A program made the position numbers and the translations under genes. From Bugula neritina (lineage: Eukaryota; Animalia; Bryozoa): 64,000 nucleotides of DNA. Each line of letters starts with the position of its first letter. Within the stretch, counting starts at the first letter, position 1. The stretch covers positions 8,132,698-8,196,697 of the forward strand of contig OZ037765.1 in the NCBI GenBank assembly GCA_964035545.1, in the 5' to 3' direction. Shown here piece by piece: positions 45,399 to 57,942 of this stretch. Under the pieces are notes generated by a model. It was not told the DNA's origin. It searched no databases and saw nothing but the letters and a program-made list of their open reading frames with translations.

Positions 45399-45743
45399 TT
45401 AATCTTGCTTGGTTATAGGGAAGGAAAGTTTTTCCATAAGATCATCAATTTCTGCCTGAAGTCTGGGGATTATTTCTGAAGATATAAACAGGTGGGTGTC
45501 ATCTAAATCAGCCAAAACGAATTTGCAATTAAAAGCGTTTGTCTCATCTAGGTGCAAGAGAAATTGTTTCATGGCACTATCACTACAAAAATAAAATTAT
45601 AAAGAAATTTAAAATACATTTGTTAGAGAAAATTCGAACTTCTGATGATGAACATAGATACTTTAGTTATTGAATAGTTTGCAGTAAACAGGTAGTGTAT
45701 CCCCTTACCATTTCACAAGCACTCCTTTCATTACATTTACCAT
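45399..45743 (-). CDS. GTF2H5: TFIIH subunit 5 (TTDA/p8/Tfb5), 72 aa, 2 coding exons; missed by the ORF track
   Basis: Exons 45709-45743 and 45399-45582 (GT-AG intron) encode MVNVMKGVLVKCDSAMKQFLLHLDETNAFNCKFVLADLDDTHLFISSEIIPRLQAEIDDLMEKLSFPITKQD*, closely matching recalled human [25 protein letters not shown]...DIDDTHVF. Confidence 0.95.
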
Positions 45744-47379
45744 AATTTCTAATAAAATGACACAGTCAGATTCCTTCTAAGGAGATATCTGCAAGTATAG
45801 TTGAATACTTTTCAGTACAAGAAACTTTTAAGCAAAATATATGGTATACAATTTTGAGTGATAATCATATTAATACTTAGTTGTAGTTATTCGTTTATAG
45901 ATAAATGAGAGTTGTATGGATATTGTCAGTTTTTAGCATTATTTGTATCGCATAGATTATAACTATTTTTGGTATAAAATTTAACATAAGCTAACTTTCA
46001 GACTTGGTAAGTTTACATACTTACAGAGTATAGCTTATGCAATAGATTGTATTTGCAATGGTTACTTATTAATCAAAGTAATTCAACAAACTGGCTTTGA
46101 AAAGTTCAGAAAAGTCGCTAGGAAAACTAAAAACTAGCAAAAATAAAGTGTCAAACTCCTAATCTAAAACCAAATCTACAGATTTGTGACAACAATGCTA
46201 CCATCACATCCATTAAGTTTTTCTTTGGCATTTCATTCGTTATTTATAGACTGGTTATTTTTAATCTAGTTATATTTCAATTTTGTTTCATTTTGCAATA
46301 AACTGATATTAGGGCTCATCTCTGATTTGTTGGCAAACCTTTTTATAGTTAAAATACTGGTATTGATTCTAACAAGACCTCTATTGCTTACTCTCCAAAG
46401 TTGAAAAATCAGGAAATGATCGCAATTACTTACAAGTTTATACTGATTTTCATACTCATATTGATATTAGTCCAAGAAATATAATGATTATCATGGTTAT
46501 TTAACAAGTATTACTTATATAACCATATTTATTTTAAAATAATTATTATTATGATCAAAAAATATTAAAATAATAATAATAATAACAACCAAAGAGTAGG
46601 ACAAGAATGATATAGAGTATCAGACTCACTATGACTATAACTAGGAAATCGTCAGTATGAGTATGAGTGTCAGTATCAGTCTGTATCACTATCAGTTACT
46701 ATTACTATTAGCAGTGGTATTTATATGTAACAGGTAAGTTTTCTTATGTTTCAACAGTTAAACTTAGCAGTTAGAATTACAGCTTGTGTTATTAAATTCC
46801 ATGGCATTGAATAAAACTAAATTAAAAAACCCTGACACACTTTATTAATGCAATACTAAAATGTTCATAAATATGTATATCTTAGCTAACATCTACATAT
46901 TGCTTGAGAGTTGTATGCTCAAACAATTTTGTTTTATAATATATTTTGTGCCAACATGTGTTGAATTAATTTGGGATTTCTAATAGCTTGCTGATACTAT
47001 TTCCATTAGCTGACTTTAAAGTTCAAAGTTTAAACATTTAAGCCACCTCAGAGACTAAGCTGTGTATTGCAGCAGCTAAGAATATCACATGATGAAAGTT
47101 AGCACTAATACTATAAGCTTTATAATACCTCAGCATGCGAAGCCGATTGGAAACTGTAAGGCAAGCTGATTAAAAATTCTAAATTAATTAAAGAGATGCA
47201 GAAATTTATTATAAAACAAACCTACTTGCTCATGCAACCTATAGCCTGTAGGTGAGAGCTAAGATACGTATAAATATTTTTATATTGCATAAATGAAGTG
47301 TGGAAAGATTAAGTATAACATTAGCAATTGTCTATTGGTGTAACTATAAAACTCCATTAAATAAAAAAGAATATCACAT

Positions 47380-48300
47380 GTACTATCACTAATAGTATCA
47401 CTGGTGACATAAAAAGTAAGTATAATTGTTATATGCTATAAGTGGTGATTAAGTACTGTAGAATTATTACTACTATTGCATTTACTGGTTTAGTTTTACT
47501 ATTACTATTATTATTAGTATTCATATTTATATTGTCACTATTATTATTAATTTCAACATTACTATTAGTAATACTATACAGATAATGATACTTATACTTG
47601 AACATTAAGTATTACTAAGTTAAGCTTAACTATACATAAAAGTATAACTTACAGTTATACCCAGAGCAATACTGACATTGATAGTGATAATAATAGTGGA
47701 TAGGTCATAGAACTGTAGATTTATCCTTAAAATTAATTTATTATAGCTGTATGCTTACAGTATGAGTATGAGTATCAGTATAGTGTGTACTTATACTTAT
47801 CTTATTCTTATGCTATTAGTATTAGTATTACTATTAGGTTTAGTATTACTACTAGTACTACTACTAGTATTAGTTTTACTCTTTTTCAGTATTTGAGTAT
47901 TAGCATTACTATTACTAAAAAGAAACTAATCTTATTAGACTTAGTCTTACTCTTAGCTAACGACTTAAAGTTTATTACTATTACTATTAGTATTAGCATT
48001 ATAACTTTATTATTAGCTATTACCTATTAGTGTTGCATTTACTGTAAATATTACTATAACTATAAGTATATGTATTAGTATAAGTATATGAATATCATAA
48101 TCAAATTGAGTAATTCAATATAAATGTCATTATGATTATCAATATGAATATGAAATTTAAATTGAATTTCAATTTGATTAGAATCGCAACATAAACATTA
48201 TTAAATTCAATTTTATAATCCATCCTGATTATCATATTCATTGTGATTATTATTATATTAATATTTATTATTAATATTATAATTATAATTATATTTTAAT
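47380..48300. repeat. Degenerate TAT/TAG/TAC low-complexity tract
   Basis: tattagtattactattag repeats and AT-only runs. Confidence 0.8.
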
Positions 48301-48509
48301 TTAATAATAATTTATGATAATGAATAAATTTGTTAAACTTACATCTTAATCTTTTATAGACAAATAATTATAATTTCAATTTTGAACAATTCTTTGCTTT
48401 ATAAATAATTGTGCCCAATGACTTTTTTTTATAAAATCTATCTGCTAGTATCCAGTGTTTGCGTTAAACTAAAACTAAAAGTTAATACTCCAAAATTTAA
48501 ATTTACCTT

Positions 48510-49542
48510 ACGGCGCAGACTATGGTAATAGCAAAAGGCGTTAGCTTAGAATTGTTCTAAAAGCAGTTCCAAGTATGGAGTTGAACCCAGTTTGAACCCT
48601 CATTTTTAGACTAGAGAACATTAAAGTACTACACTCAATCACCCCCAGCTCGACGCTGCTTATAGCACAGTTCAATAATTAAAGTTGAAAATTTTAAACT
48701 TATAACTTTGTACCTGCGGACATGTATTGCTTGTTTTCATATTATAATGCTTTTGACACATTTTCATGGAACCATAGAGTTATCTTTGTAATAAGAGAGA
48801 TAACTCTATACATAACGCTGTCTTAAACTATTTAAGAGTTATCTCATTCAAAATTTAGTCTGTCCATCACCACAAAAAATTATTAGTAACCAGCTATAAA
48901 GTAATGATGATCATAAAAATATTATTATGAACAATTACTATATTAGTTGTGAGAGTCATCTGGCGGCTTTCATGTTTCTATTCATTAATGATTGTAGCAA
49001 TGTAGTACTAGTACGTAAGTAGAAAAAGGTGACAAAAAGAATATCAAAGTTATAGATAATTTTTATAGTGATTATTCAAGTATATTTCATTTCCCTATGC
49101 TTTGGTGGACAATAATCATTCTGCCAAAATTACCTCTTATGCAACGCTACGCTCTTAAGACGTTTTGCGCGGTTAATTTTGAGCCAGTACCGTAATAGCC
49201 CAACGTTAGATAAGACATCAGCCGCCACTGAACTGGAAAGTTCATTGTCAGTGGCTATCTCTGCGGACGTTTCAATTTAGCTCGGGACTCATCACAACGA
49301 AGTTTAACCTGTGTTAGATATTACCGAGGCTTTCAACAGCCAGTCGATGTATTTACGAGAACTGCGGCTATGTATCAACTATTTCATTGGTAACTGCACG
49401 GCTCACGCGATGAGCTGCTCGCTGTTTAAACAAACTTGCAACTCATGCTTCCAGTACATGCCCAGCGTCTCATTATAGCCTAACACATTCACAATATACA
49501 CCAACGAGGCAGCAAGCAAAGCATTTCATAATATTATTTACC
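48510..49542. promoter_or_regulatory. Putative divergent promoter region for the GTF2H5-HAUS1 unit (-) and DHCR7 (+), with a non-coding DHCR7 first exon
   Basis: Local CpG enrichment (49140-49520); three AGATAACTCT motifs in 48774-48844; minus-strand donor near 48507; plus-strand donor GTAAGT at 49543-49548; acceptor ttccag 9 nt before the DHCR7 ATG. Confidence 0.55.
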
Positions 49543-51018
49543 GTAAGTTTTACAATAATTACCTTTGATTTTTGCTGTCTGTTATGTATAAAACGTGCGT
49601 TGTAATTCTATACTCATATTTCTCTCTGACACGTTCAGATTCACATTTCTGTTGATATTACAGTTTACACGTTACATATGATTATATATTAGTATTACTA
49701 TTACTATTAGTATTACTGTTAGTATTAGGTAATCGCATTTCTCTAGTCTAAGTCTATGATACTAATACTGATAGTGATAGTAGTTGGCTGGATGCTAATT
49801 TAAAATGGTTGAAATCAGAATGACCTGAATATATTTATAAGAGTAAAACTAATAGTTAGATTAATAGTAATACTAATACTAATAGTAATAGTAATACATA
49901 AATGAGTAATACTTTTCCTAAAGATTTAGATAGTATTATAATTTATAATTATTATTATTTATACTTATAGTAACAGCTAACAGTAACAGCAATGCTATAG
50001 CATAATTTTCAAGCTAACCATAAAGTTAAACATATTGGTATAGCCTATCACTATGCCCATGCTGCTCATAAATTGTCGAAGAAAGAATTGTAAGTGCAAT
50101 AGCACACAACAAAAAAATGCTACATTCAATTTCAGTGTGGATGCTATTCTCTTAAAAGTAAACCGGTGATTAAATTTTAATTTAAAATTAATGTGTTCTA
50201 AATATGTTTTCTAGCAGGCAATCTAGTTATAAACCCGTGGTCTTGTGTGTTAAACTTAATGTTATTACCATGTCTATCTTAATGTCTGTCAGTAGGAATT
50301 TAGGTATTCCAGTAGCCCATGGTTACATAAATTCTTATACTCAATAAGTAACAACAATTGGTGTAGCTTTCCCTATCCTTTTAGTTTCCCATGAATATCC
50401 TGTATTTAATATAACATGCTGTTTTCCTATTTTGTTTCAAACTTTCATTTGTAGAACACAATTCTGCTTATAAGTGGTACTGCACTCTCCTGATTGACGT
50501 CTTAGTTGCCCAACTTGTGAGTACTTAATTTTATTGTATTGTATGACTTGTTTCCAGTTGCTTCTGCAGTTTTGTACCAGTATTTTATACAAATTTTATT
50601 TTACCATTAGCCAGAAATCTTTCTCTTTGTCACTCTGCAAAATAAGTTTCTTAAATATGTATTGCATTGACACAAATATACTGGTAGCTTAAACCCAGCA
50701 AAAATTATACAAATTGTACACTATAGAGAGAATTTTAAATTGAAAATAACACTGTGTATACTCTGCAGTTACCGCTGGAAAAAGTTTTAGATTAAAAATT
50801 GTGCAACTTACATATTTTGCAACGATAAAAACTCTAATTATGCTAGTTGCACCAGGAAATTGGATCGAATTGAATTTATACAAGTCAAAAGTTGCTTAAT
50901 TAACTGCTAAAAATTTTGCTGTACAACTGGGTTCCTAGGTGATGATCATTGCATGCACTTTTTGCAACTTTGAAGCTAAAGGTGCCTTTTGTATGTTCAT
51001 AGTTTCCAGATCCCAAAA

Positions 51019-53128
51019 ATGGTTCAGAATAGCACCAATGGCTCATTAGCCCATAGAGCAGCACATCAAACTAATGGAACTTCCACCTCCAAGGTCTCTG
51101 GCAAAACTGAAACTGCTAGAAACTCCAATGGCTTATCGAATGGAATTCACAAGCATTCTCCTTCTCCCTCGTGGCAGAGCAGCTTCTTAGCAACAACCAT
51201 TATACCAATACTTCTGATGATGTTGCCTAATGTCACCCTCTGGATATGGTATACAGCTGTTTATCTCGATGGCTCATGCATGGAATGTATCTCAACCATA
51301 GTCAACTCTCCTAATGGAGTGTGGGGCTTTTTCGATGTGTGGTCAAAAGTAACAGTTGGATCAAGATTTTCAGTGATAGTAATTGGTGGTTATATGCTGT
51401 TTCAAATAGTTCTCATGGTAGTTGTACCTGGAAAAAGAGTGGAGGGTCCAGTGACTCCCACTGGCAACATTCCAGTCTACAAGGACAATGGCTTGTATAT
51501 TTATTTGATTACCATGGCCAGTTTTGGCTGCCTTACATTCTACATGAAAAGGTTCACTACTGCTTCGCCCTCCTTAATATACGATAACTATGGAGACTTG
51601 CTTGCAACAATAAATGTGTTTGCTCTAATATTCTGTTTACTGCTGTATCTCAAAGGAGTTTTTGCACCATCCTCCTCCGATAGTGGTTCGAGTGGAAACC
51701 CTATATTTGATTATTATTGGGGGACAGAGTTGTATCCTAGAATTTTTGGAATCGATGTTAAGGTATGTTTCCTTGTTTCATTTTGTCAATTGACCAGTAA
51801 CAATGAAAATCAAGCTTTACTTATATTGTTTATGATGGTCTCTAGACTACACAAAACTATTTATTTAGCTGGCAAATAAGTCAAAAACTGAGATTACAAT
51901 GTCTGAAAGGTTACTTTTGCCGGTTTAAAATGACAGTTTGCCCACCCAATTAAACATCATGCAGTGTTTTATGTTAATTTAACAAACCTCAAAAACTGCC
52001 ATTGTTTTCAGGTGCTATTTAATTTTGATATTGCCTGCAAAATTTTTCATCAGTTCACTGAAACCGCTGTTCAATCTGTCTTAGCGAATGGCAAGACAAA
52101 ATTAGTTGCTGAAAAATTCAACCCCAGCTTGCTGGTTTTGAATGAATAAGTTGACACCTTTACAAGAATTCGGATTAGTATGCATGTAGTTTACAGTAAA
52201 GTAGTACCTCTTTTCACAAGTTATTGTTGAACTACTTGTAGGTATTCACCAACTGTAGATTCGGTTGTACTGTCTGGGCACTGCTACCGTGTTGTTTTGC
52301 CATGAAAGCCTACGAAATGCATGGATTTGATGCTAGCATAAACAGCATTGTGTCCGTCATTATTCTTGTCACCTACTTGACAAAATTCTTTTGGTGGGAA
52401 GCTGGCTATATGTGCACAATAGACATTATCTTGGATAGAGCTGGCTACTACATATGCTGGGGGTGTCTCTGCTTCATACCAGGCTTATACACAACCTTCG
52501 GTCTCTACATGGTCAATCACCCCATAGCACTAGGCTATCCAATGGCTGCAGCGATACTAGGATCTGGTATTGCTTGCATAGCTGTCAACTATGCAGCTGA
52601 TAGACAGAAACAGATTGTTAGAGCTACTGATGGTAATGTCTTGATTTGGGGGAAAAAGCCAGAAGTAATTCGAGCTAAATACAGAACATCTCAAGGTTAG
52701 TGTCCACCTTATTTTGATGAACAGTGTAATAGTTTAGAGTTGGTGGGTTTTTACTTTGATCTTGCTTAATAAAATATTATAACCATGTTTGAACACATTG
52801 TATACGTATAGCAAGAAAATATGATTATAAGATGAACAAAGACTATTTATTTTCTTTAGGTGAAGAGAAATGGAGTATACTGTTGGTGTCTGGATTTTGG
52901 GGCCTAGCTAGACACTTCCATTATCTGCCAGAGATTGGGTTGGCTTTCTTTTGGACTATCCCTAGTGGATTTAGCCACATCCTTCCATATTTTTATCTAA
53001 CATTTCTCATAGTACTGCTATGTCACCGTACATATAGAGATGATATCAAGTGTACGGCAAAATATGGAACATACTGGCAAGAGTATAGAGAAAAAGTCCC
53101 TTATAGGATTGTACCATATGTCTTCTAA
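51019..53128 (+). CDS. DHCR7: 7-dehydrocholesterol (sterol delta-7) reductase, ERG4/ERG24 family, plant DWF5-like type, 488 aa
   Basis: Exons 51019-51762, 52242-52695, 52860-53128. Motifs GPVTPTGNIPVYKDNG, YYWGTELYPRI, VFTNCRFG, KFFWWEAGY, DRAGYYICWGCL, LLVSGFWGLARHFHYLPE, RDDIKCTAKYGTYW. Confidence 0.93.
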
Positions 53129-53988
53129 GGAATGACTGATGATGTAATGCATCCTAATCCTCACTAAGAAGGTTGTAAACAATCTTTTAGTAATAGTTAC
53201 TACATTGATTGCTAACAGGCCAGTATTATTGGTAGGCTTACCTTCGTACTTGCTGTAGGAAATATATATAAATTATTAATGGCTCTAATTATGTCATGAG
53301 TTTTTGTTGATGTACTTCATTTCTCTGTACTTGAAGTGTTATTTAATGATTGTTGTGAACTGTCAGCATTTTAAAATTATGTTCTATAACGTATTTTGAA
53401 AATTGCATAATTATATTAAACTATATTTTATTCCCCAATGGTCTTTCATTAGGTAATCATTATATTATTGTTGAGTTATTAATAATTATCACTGATGTTA
53501 TTTAATTATTACTTCAGCAATTCGTTCAGTATTAATTTTTGCATTTCTGTGAATTTTATGCTAAGATGGATTGGAACCTAGGAAGGAGGGTTATATTGCA
53601 TAAATATAATAATAAAGTGAGTGATAAAATGCCTGTAACTTTATTTGCTTTGCTGTCTTTAATTCTGCATTATTAAGAAGTTTACAACATAATAACTTAT
53701 ATAACAAAATATAACTAAGCAAACGTTTAACATACCCTACTACATACATATATATATAATTATCACTATTGCAGCAATAATATTTATTTTCTGAACCTCT
53801 AAAGTCTCCACAATCGAAATGCTGTGCTAAAATGTATTTATAAACTAACATAATTCAATCTTAACTTAATGCAACAGCCCACTGTGAACTTGAAAAAAAA
53901 CAATTTTTTTAAATTGAAAAGTCAAATTTTTTTGAAGATAGATACGCAAATGAGCGACAGTATATTACATTAAAGTTTGAAGAGTCAC

Positions 53989-56900
53989 CTATGCATCATG
54001 ATCATGCACAAACAACATTTCAGACCTTACGATACCGTGCTCTTTGAATGTTGGTGGCTCAAAGTCTTCTGTAGGTTTACAAGGAAGAACTTTTCTTGGA
54101 AAGTTGGTTACTATGTCAAAGTTGTCTGGAGCCTCTTCATGGCAGAACACAAAGTAATACAGATACTACAATAAACAGCCGAGAACTATAACTTTCATAG
54201 GTCAAACTTATACTTTACATATCACCTAATAAACAGCAGAAAGCTAATTCTATACAAAAGTAAAGCATTGTCACAGATGGCTACACTGATGGGCAGAACT
54301 TATAAATTTGAGTCACATAATTGTTTATTCACCTGTCAATTAAAATTTTAAAACAAAACAATTAATATACAAGTCTAGGTAATAGATGAGCAGAACTTGC
54401 AAGTTAATAACTTAAGTTAATATTACAAAAGTTGCATAAGACACAAAAAATATCAGACTTTGCAACCATCAATGTTTTACTAAATTCCTTTCCTTATTAC
54501 ATGCAGATACCTTTCTAAACAGCATACCTTCAATGAATGTGAGAGGAGATATCTACGCTCTATTCTGTTACTGGATGGTAATTTAAGGAGGATTTTTATA
54601 CATTCTGGGTGACTAGCATCTGGTTCTTCTGGTATTTCTTTTTTCCATTGCTCTTTCAACCTCTCTCTTGCCTGTACCAGATTACTCAAAATTACTGTTA
54701 GAACTTCCCATGCAACGAACTATGTATATAATACTATTCTGTTGGCAAAATGTTCAAAAAGGAAAAATTCATCACACTTACACAGCAGCAAAGTTTAAAA
54801 AGTCAGCATACTTTTTATTAAACTTTAGATGAATTATTTTCTCTCTATCACAGCATTGTTTTAAAGATTCCAGTCTAGACTTATAGGGACCAAACTCTGA
54901 GCTGATTTAAAAGTAACAATTTTCAAACAGGCCAGGAAAACAAAGATATATTGGCAATCCTTCAACAGTAGAGTTGATGATACAGCAATATCTAACCTAA
55001 GAAGAAAATACAAATTATATAAAATTTAATAGAGAAATGTACACACCTCAATTTCTCTAAGCTTTTCCTCTTCTTCCTGCTGCCTTTGCCTTTCTTCCTC
55101 TAATGCTTTGTCTTCTTCCTCCTTTTTCTTTTGCGCCTTTTTTGTAGATGAAATACATTTCATTTAGATCAAGGAAAACTGAATGAACACTACATTATTT
55201 GTTGCACATAAAAACTGGTAAACATGCAAAAAAAACCAACACTTTCATAATGTTCAGTCAAACTATACAGTAATGATTCAAGGATGCTTTACAAGAAATA
55301 GGTAGTCTAATTTAAAATAAAGCTTGTCACACCTTTGCTCTATCTTGTTCCACAGATTTTTCATACTCAGTGTCTTGTAATTCTCTAATAGTTCTGTTGA
55401 GTAGTCTTTCATCTCTAGCAATAAATCAGACAAGTAGCATAAAATCATATAAAACAAAAGTAAAGCCAAAATATATAATAAATGAAATCATAAACAAAGA
55501 ATAGACTGCTTGGCTTCAGTATATCTGATTATGAATGATTATAAATAATAAACAACATATTAACTATAATATATATTGTAAAATGAGAGCACTTGAAATC
55601 TGGAAGCATAACAATACCTGATAGCAGTTTCTATTTTAAGCAGTACGTAGTTGATCTAATCACAATCTGACAAAGTATAATGCAATATTCTAAGTTATAG
55701 ATTGAATAGCATATCCTTTGGTATTGCATATGCATATTTTTAAAGAAGTTAATCTTACGAAAGCAACACTATGCTAGCGCACCTAGCCTATCTCACTAGC
55801 AAGTAGCCATGCAATCATCAACTAACAAACTAAATTAGCCAACATGATTGTGAGATGTGGTATTGTTGCAGGTTGAGGGGTTCTTGTGTAAGGCTATCCT
55901 GTTGTATGCTTAGAGTATTGAATGCATTCATTGCCTACAGCAGTAGCTTATAACCATTCAACACAATTAAAAAAATTTCAATGCATTTGTTAGATATTAA
56001 TCAGCTTCAAAATTAGAACCATTGGAAACGTTTACTAACAAATCAGGTTCTATGAATAGTATAGGAAATTATTAAAACCAACCTTTCAGCTCTCTCAGCA
56101 ATGAGATACATTTCATTATCTTCCTTAATACCTTGTAACGCCCCTAAGAGCTCCCCAGCAGCTGAAATAACAATCTCAGTGCTAACCTTATTCAGTTACT
56201 AACATAAATAGTGTTGATATGAGGTTTATATGCTACAATAGAGTATATTACACTCTTTACACGGAACATGTATTGTGCATGCAGAAGCACTTATCTTACA
56301 TAAGTTCAGAATCCTCTGAATTATTTGAAAGCATCAGATAGTTGATATATTAAAGTAAGGAAAGTAAACGTGGACAATCTACATTAGCTCACATAAACTT
56401 CGCTGTTTAACTAATAAGTGCAAATGTTTAATGTGAATTGCTATAGGCATGAGGTGGGCTGTTGTCTACATGATAAATTAGTTGAAATGGTGTGGACATC
56501 GCCTTGACATATTATACAAGTTATACAACCAAAGCCTGGGTTTAAAATAGGAGACTTTGATTAGCTTTGAAAACATCAACATAAACGTAACTGAAATAAT
56601 GACCATTTTGGATAAATGCAGAACTGTTGTGGAATGATTGAATAGAAACAAATTGACCATACATGAAGAATGACTCCAAGGATGGTGATGCTGTTGCCCC
56701 GCAAATATCTAATTATTACATCTCAGTTCACTATAAAAGATTTGCATGCTCTAGGCACCAAGACTTATGCAGCATTTGCACGCTATGAATGGACATATCA
56801 ATAGCCCAACAAGTCTTTTTTGTTGCCCTATTCAAGGTGGAATGTAGCAGTATAAAGCCACCTAGCAACTTTATTTTACTAGACGCTAGGCTTGGCTATT

Positions 56901-57942
56901 AATGTTTATATAAATATCTTTATAATATTTACTAAGCCTGAACGAAATAACAACGTATAATTGTTGTTTCAGTAGTGAAATATGTTAATATACGGAAATA
57001 TTCATTTTAAAAGCTTATTTATTAGATTAAAAAAATTTAGAAGCAAATAAGTGTTTATAATTTATGAATTTTCTTATTTATACTGTTGTTGATAACCTAA
57101 ATTCATGAAGGTGAGAAGAGAGAAATGAAAATGCTTTAGATCAGTCAAGTCTTAGAATAAAATACTCATGGCTGCAACAAGTTTTAATAAAAAAAACCAT
57201 AATCACAAAAGTTTGCATCTGGTAAAATCGAAGCAGTCCCTATTTTATTCTAATCAATGTGACTTCCGGTAATTGGTGATTGTGTGACATGTGCATTGGT
57301 CATGCAGCCCTAAAGGAGTAGTACCTGCCATAGTGGTACCACTAGAAAGACACTACTAGGCTACACTAGTTTATCATCTGAATGGATATGGTGCCATTTT
57401 CAATTCTTTTTGTCCATGCATCTAATTAGTTTGTAGGAAATAATTTGACAACTTACACAAGCTACCCTCTATTCTTGCTACTACAGTCATTCTGTTCTCC
57501 TTTAGTACTATGACAGCTAGGAAGGGATATGAATGTTCTCTTAAAGCTTGTGATACTAAAAATATTACATGTATTATCAAAGCTAAGCATCAGGCAACAG
57601 ACGCAAAGTATTAACAATTATGACATATTATACTGATGACAAGCTGTGAAAACTCAGCATTTAAAGATAGAAGCTAAATGTCAACGCCCAACTAGCCAAA
57701 GTATTCTATAGAATAGGATATATATCAATTGTTCAAATAGTGAATACATTTAAATGGCAGTTACCTCTATAACCTTCGCCACTGTTGATATTGCAGGACC
57801 AGAAGATGGTGTGCTCATTAATATACTGTATAACATTAGGACTAGAGAGGGTGTCTCTACAGAACTGGTCTGTATCCTGGTGGTCATCACCGTGCAGGTA
57901 TACTAGGAGGAATTTCAGCTCCTCTTTTGCTTTATTCAGCGC
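53989..57942 (-). CDS. FAF2: FAS-associated factor 2 / UBXD8 (UAS + coiled coil + UBX); 5' exons not found in the window
   Basis: Exons 57765-57942, 57457-57555, 56083-56161, 55333-55414, 55047-55136, 54528-54671, 53989-54165. Motifs LKFLLVYLHGDDHQDTDQFCRDTL, VSQALREHSYPFLAVI, KLPSSNRIERRY, TNFPRKVLPC. Confidence 0.93.

Noticed and set aside
48480-48560. Possible spliced-leader RNA gene on the minus strand (AAG|GTAAAT followed by Sm-like AATTTTGGA)
   Set aside because: The Sm-like motif is common in AT-rich DNA, lies only about 10 nt from the donor and has no convincing flanking stem-loops; an ordinary first-exon donor explains it.
48560-48640. tRNA-like B-box (GGTTCAACTCC) on the minus strand
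   Set aside because: No cloverleaf could be folded; at most a degenerate SINE fragment.
49170-49260. Possible snRNA (Sm-like AATTTTGAG, GCCACTGA/TCAGTGGC hairpin)
   Set aside because: No similarity to any snRNA I recognise, and the stem is short enough to be chance.
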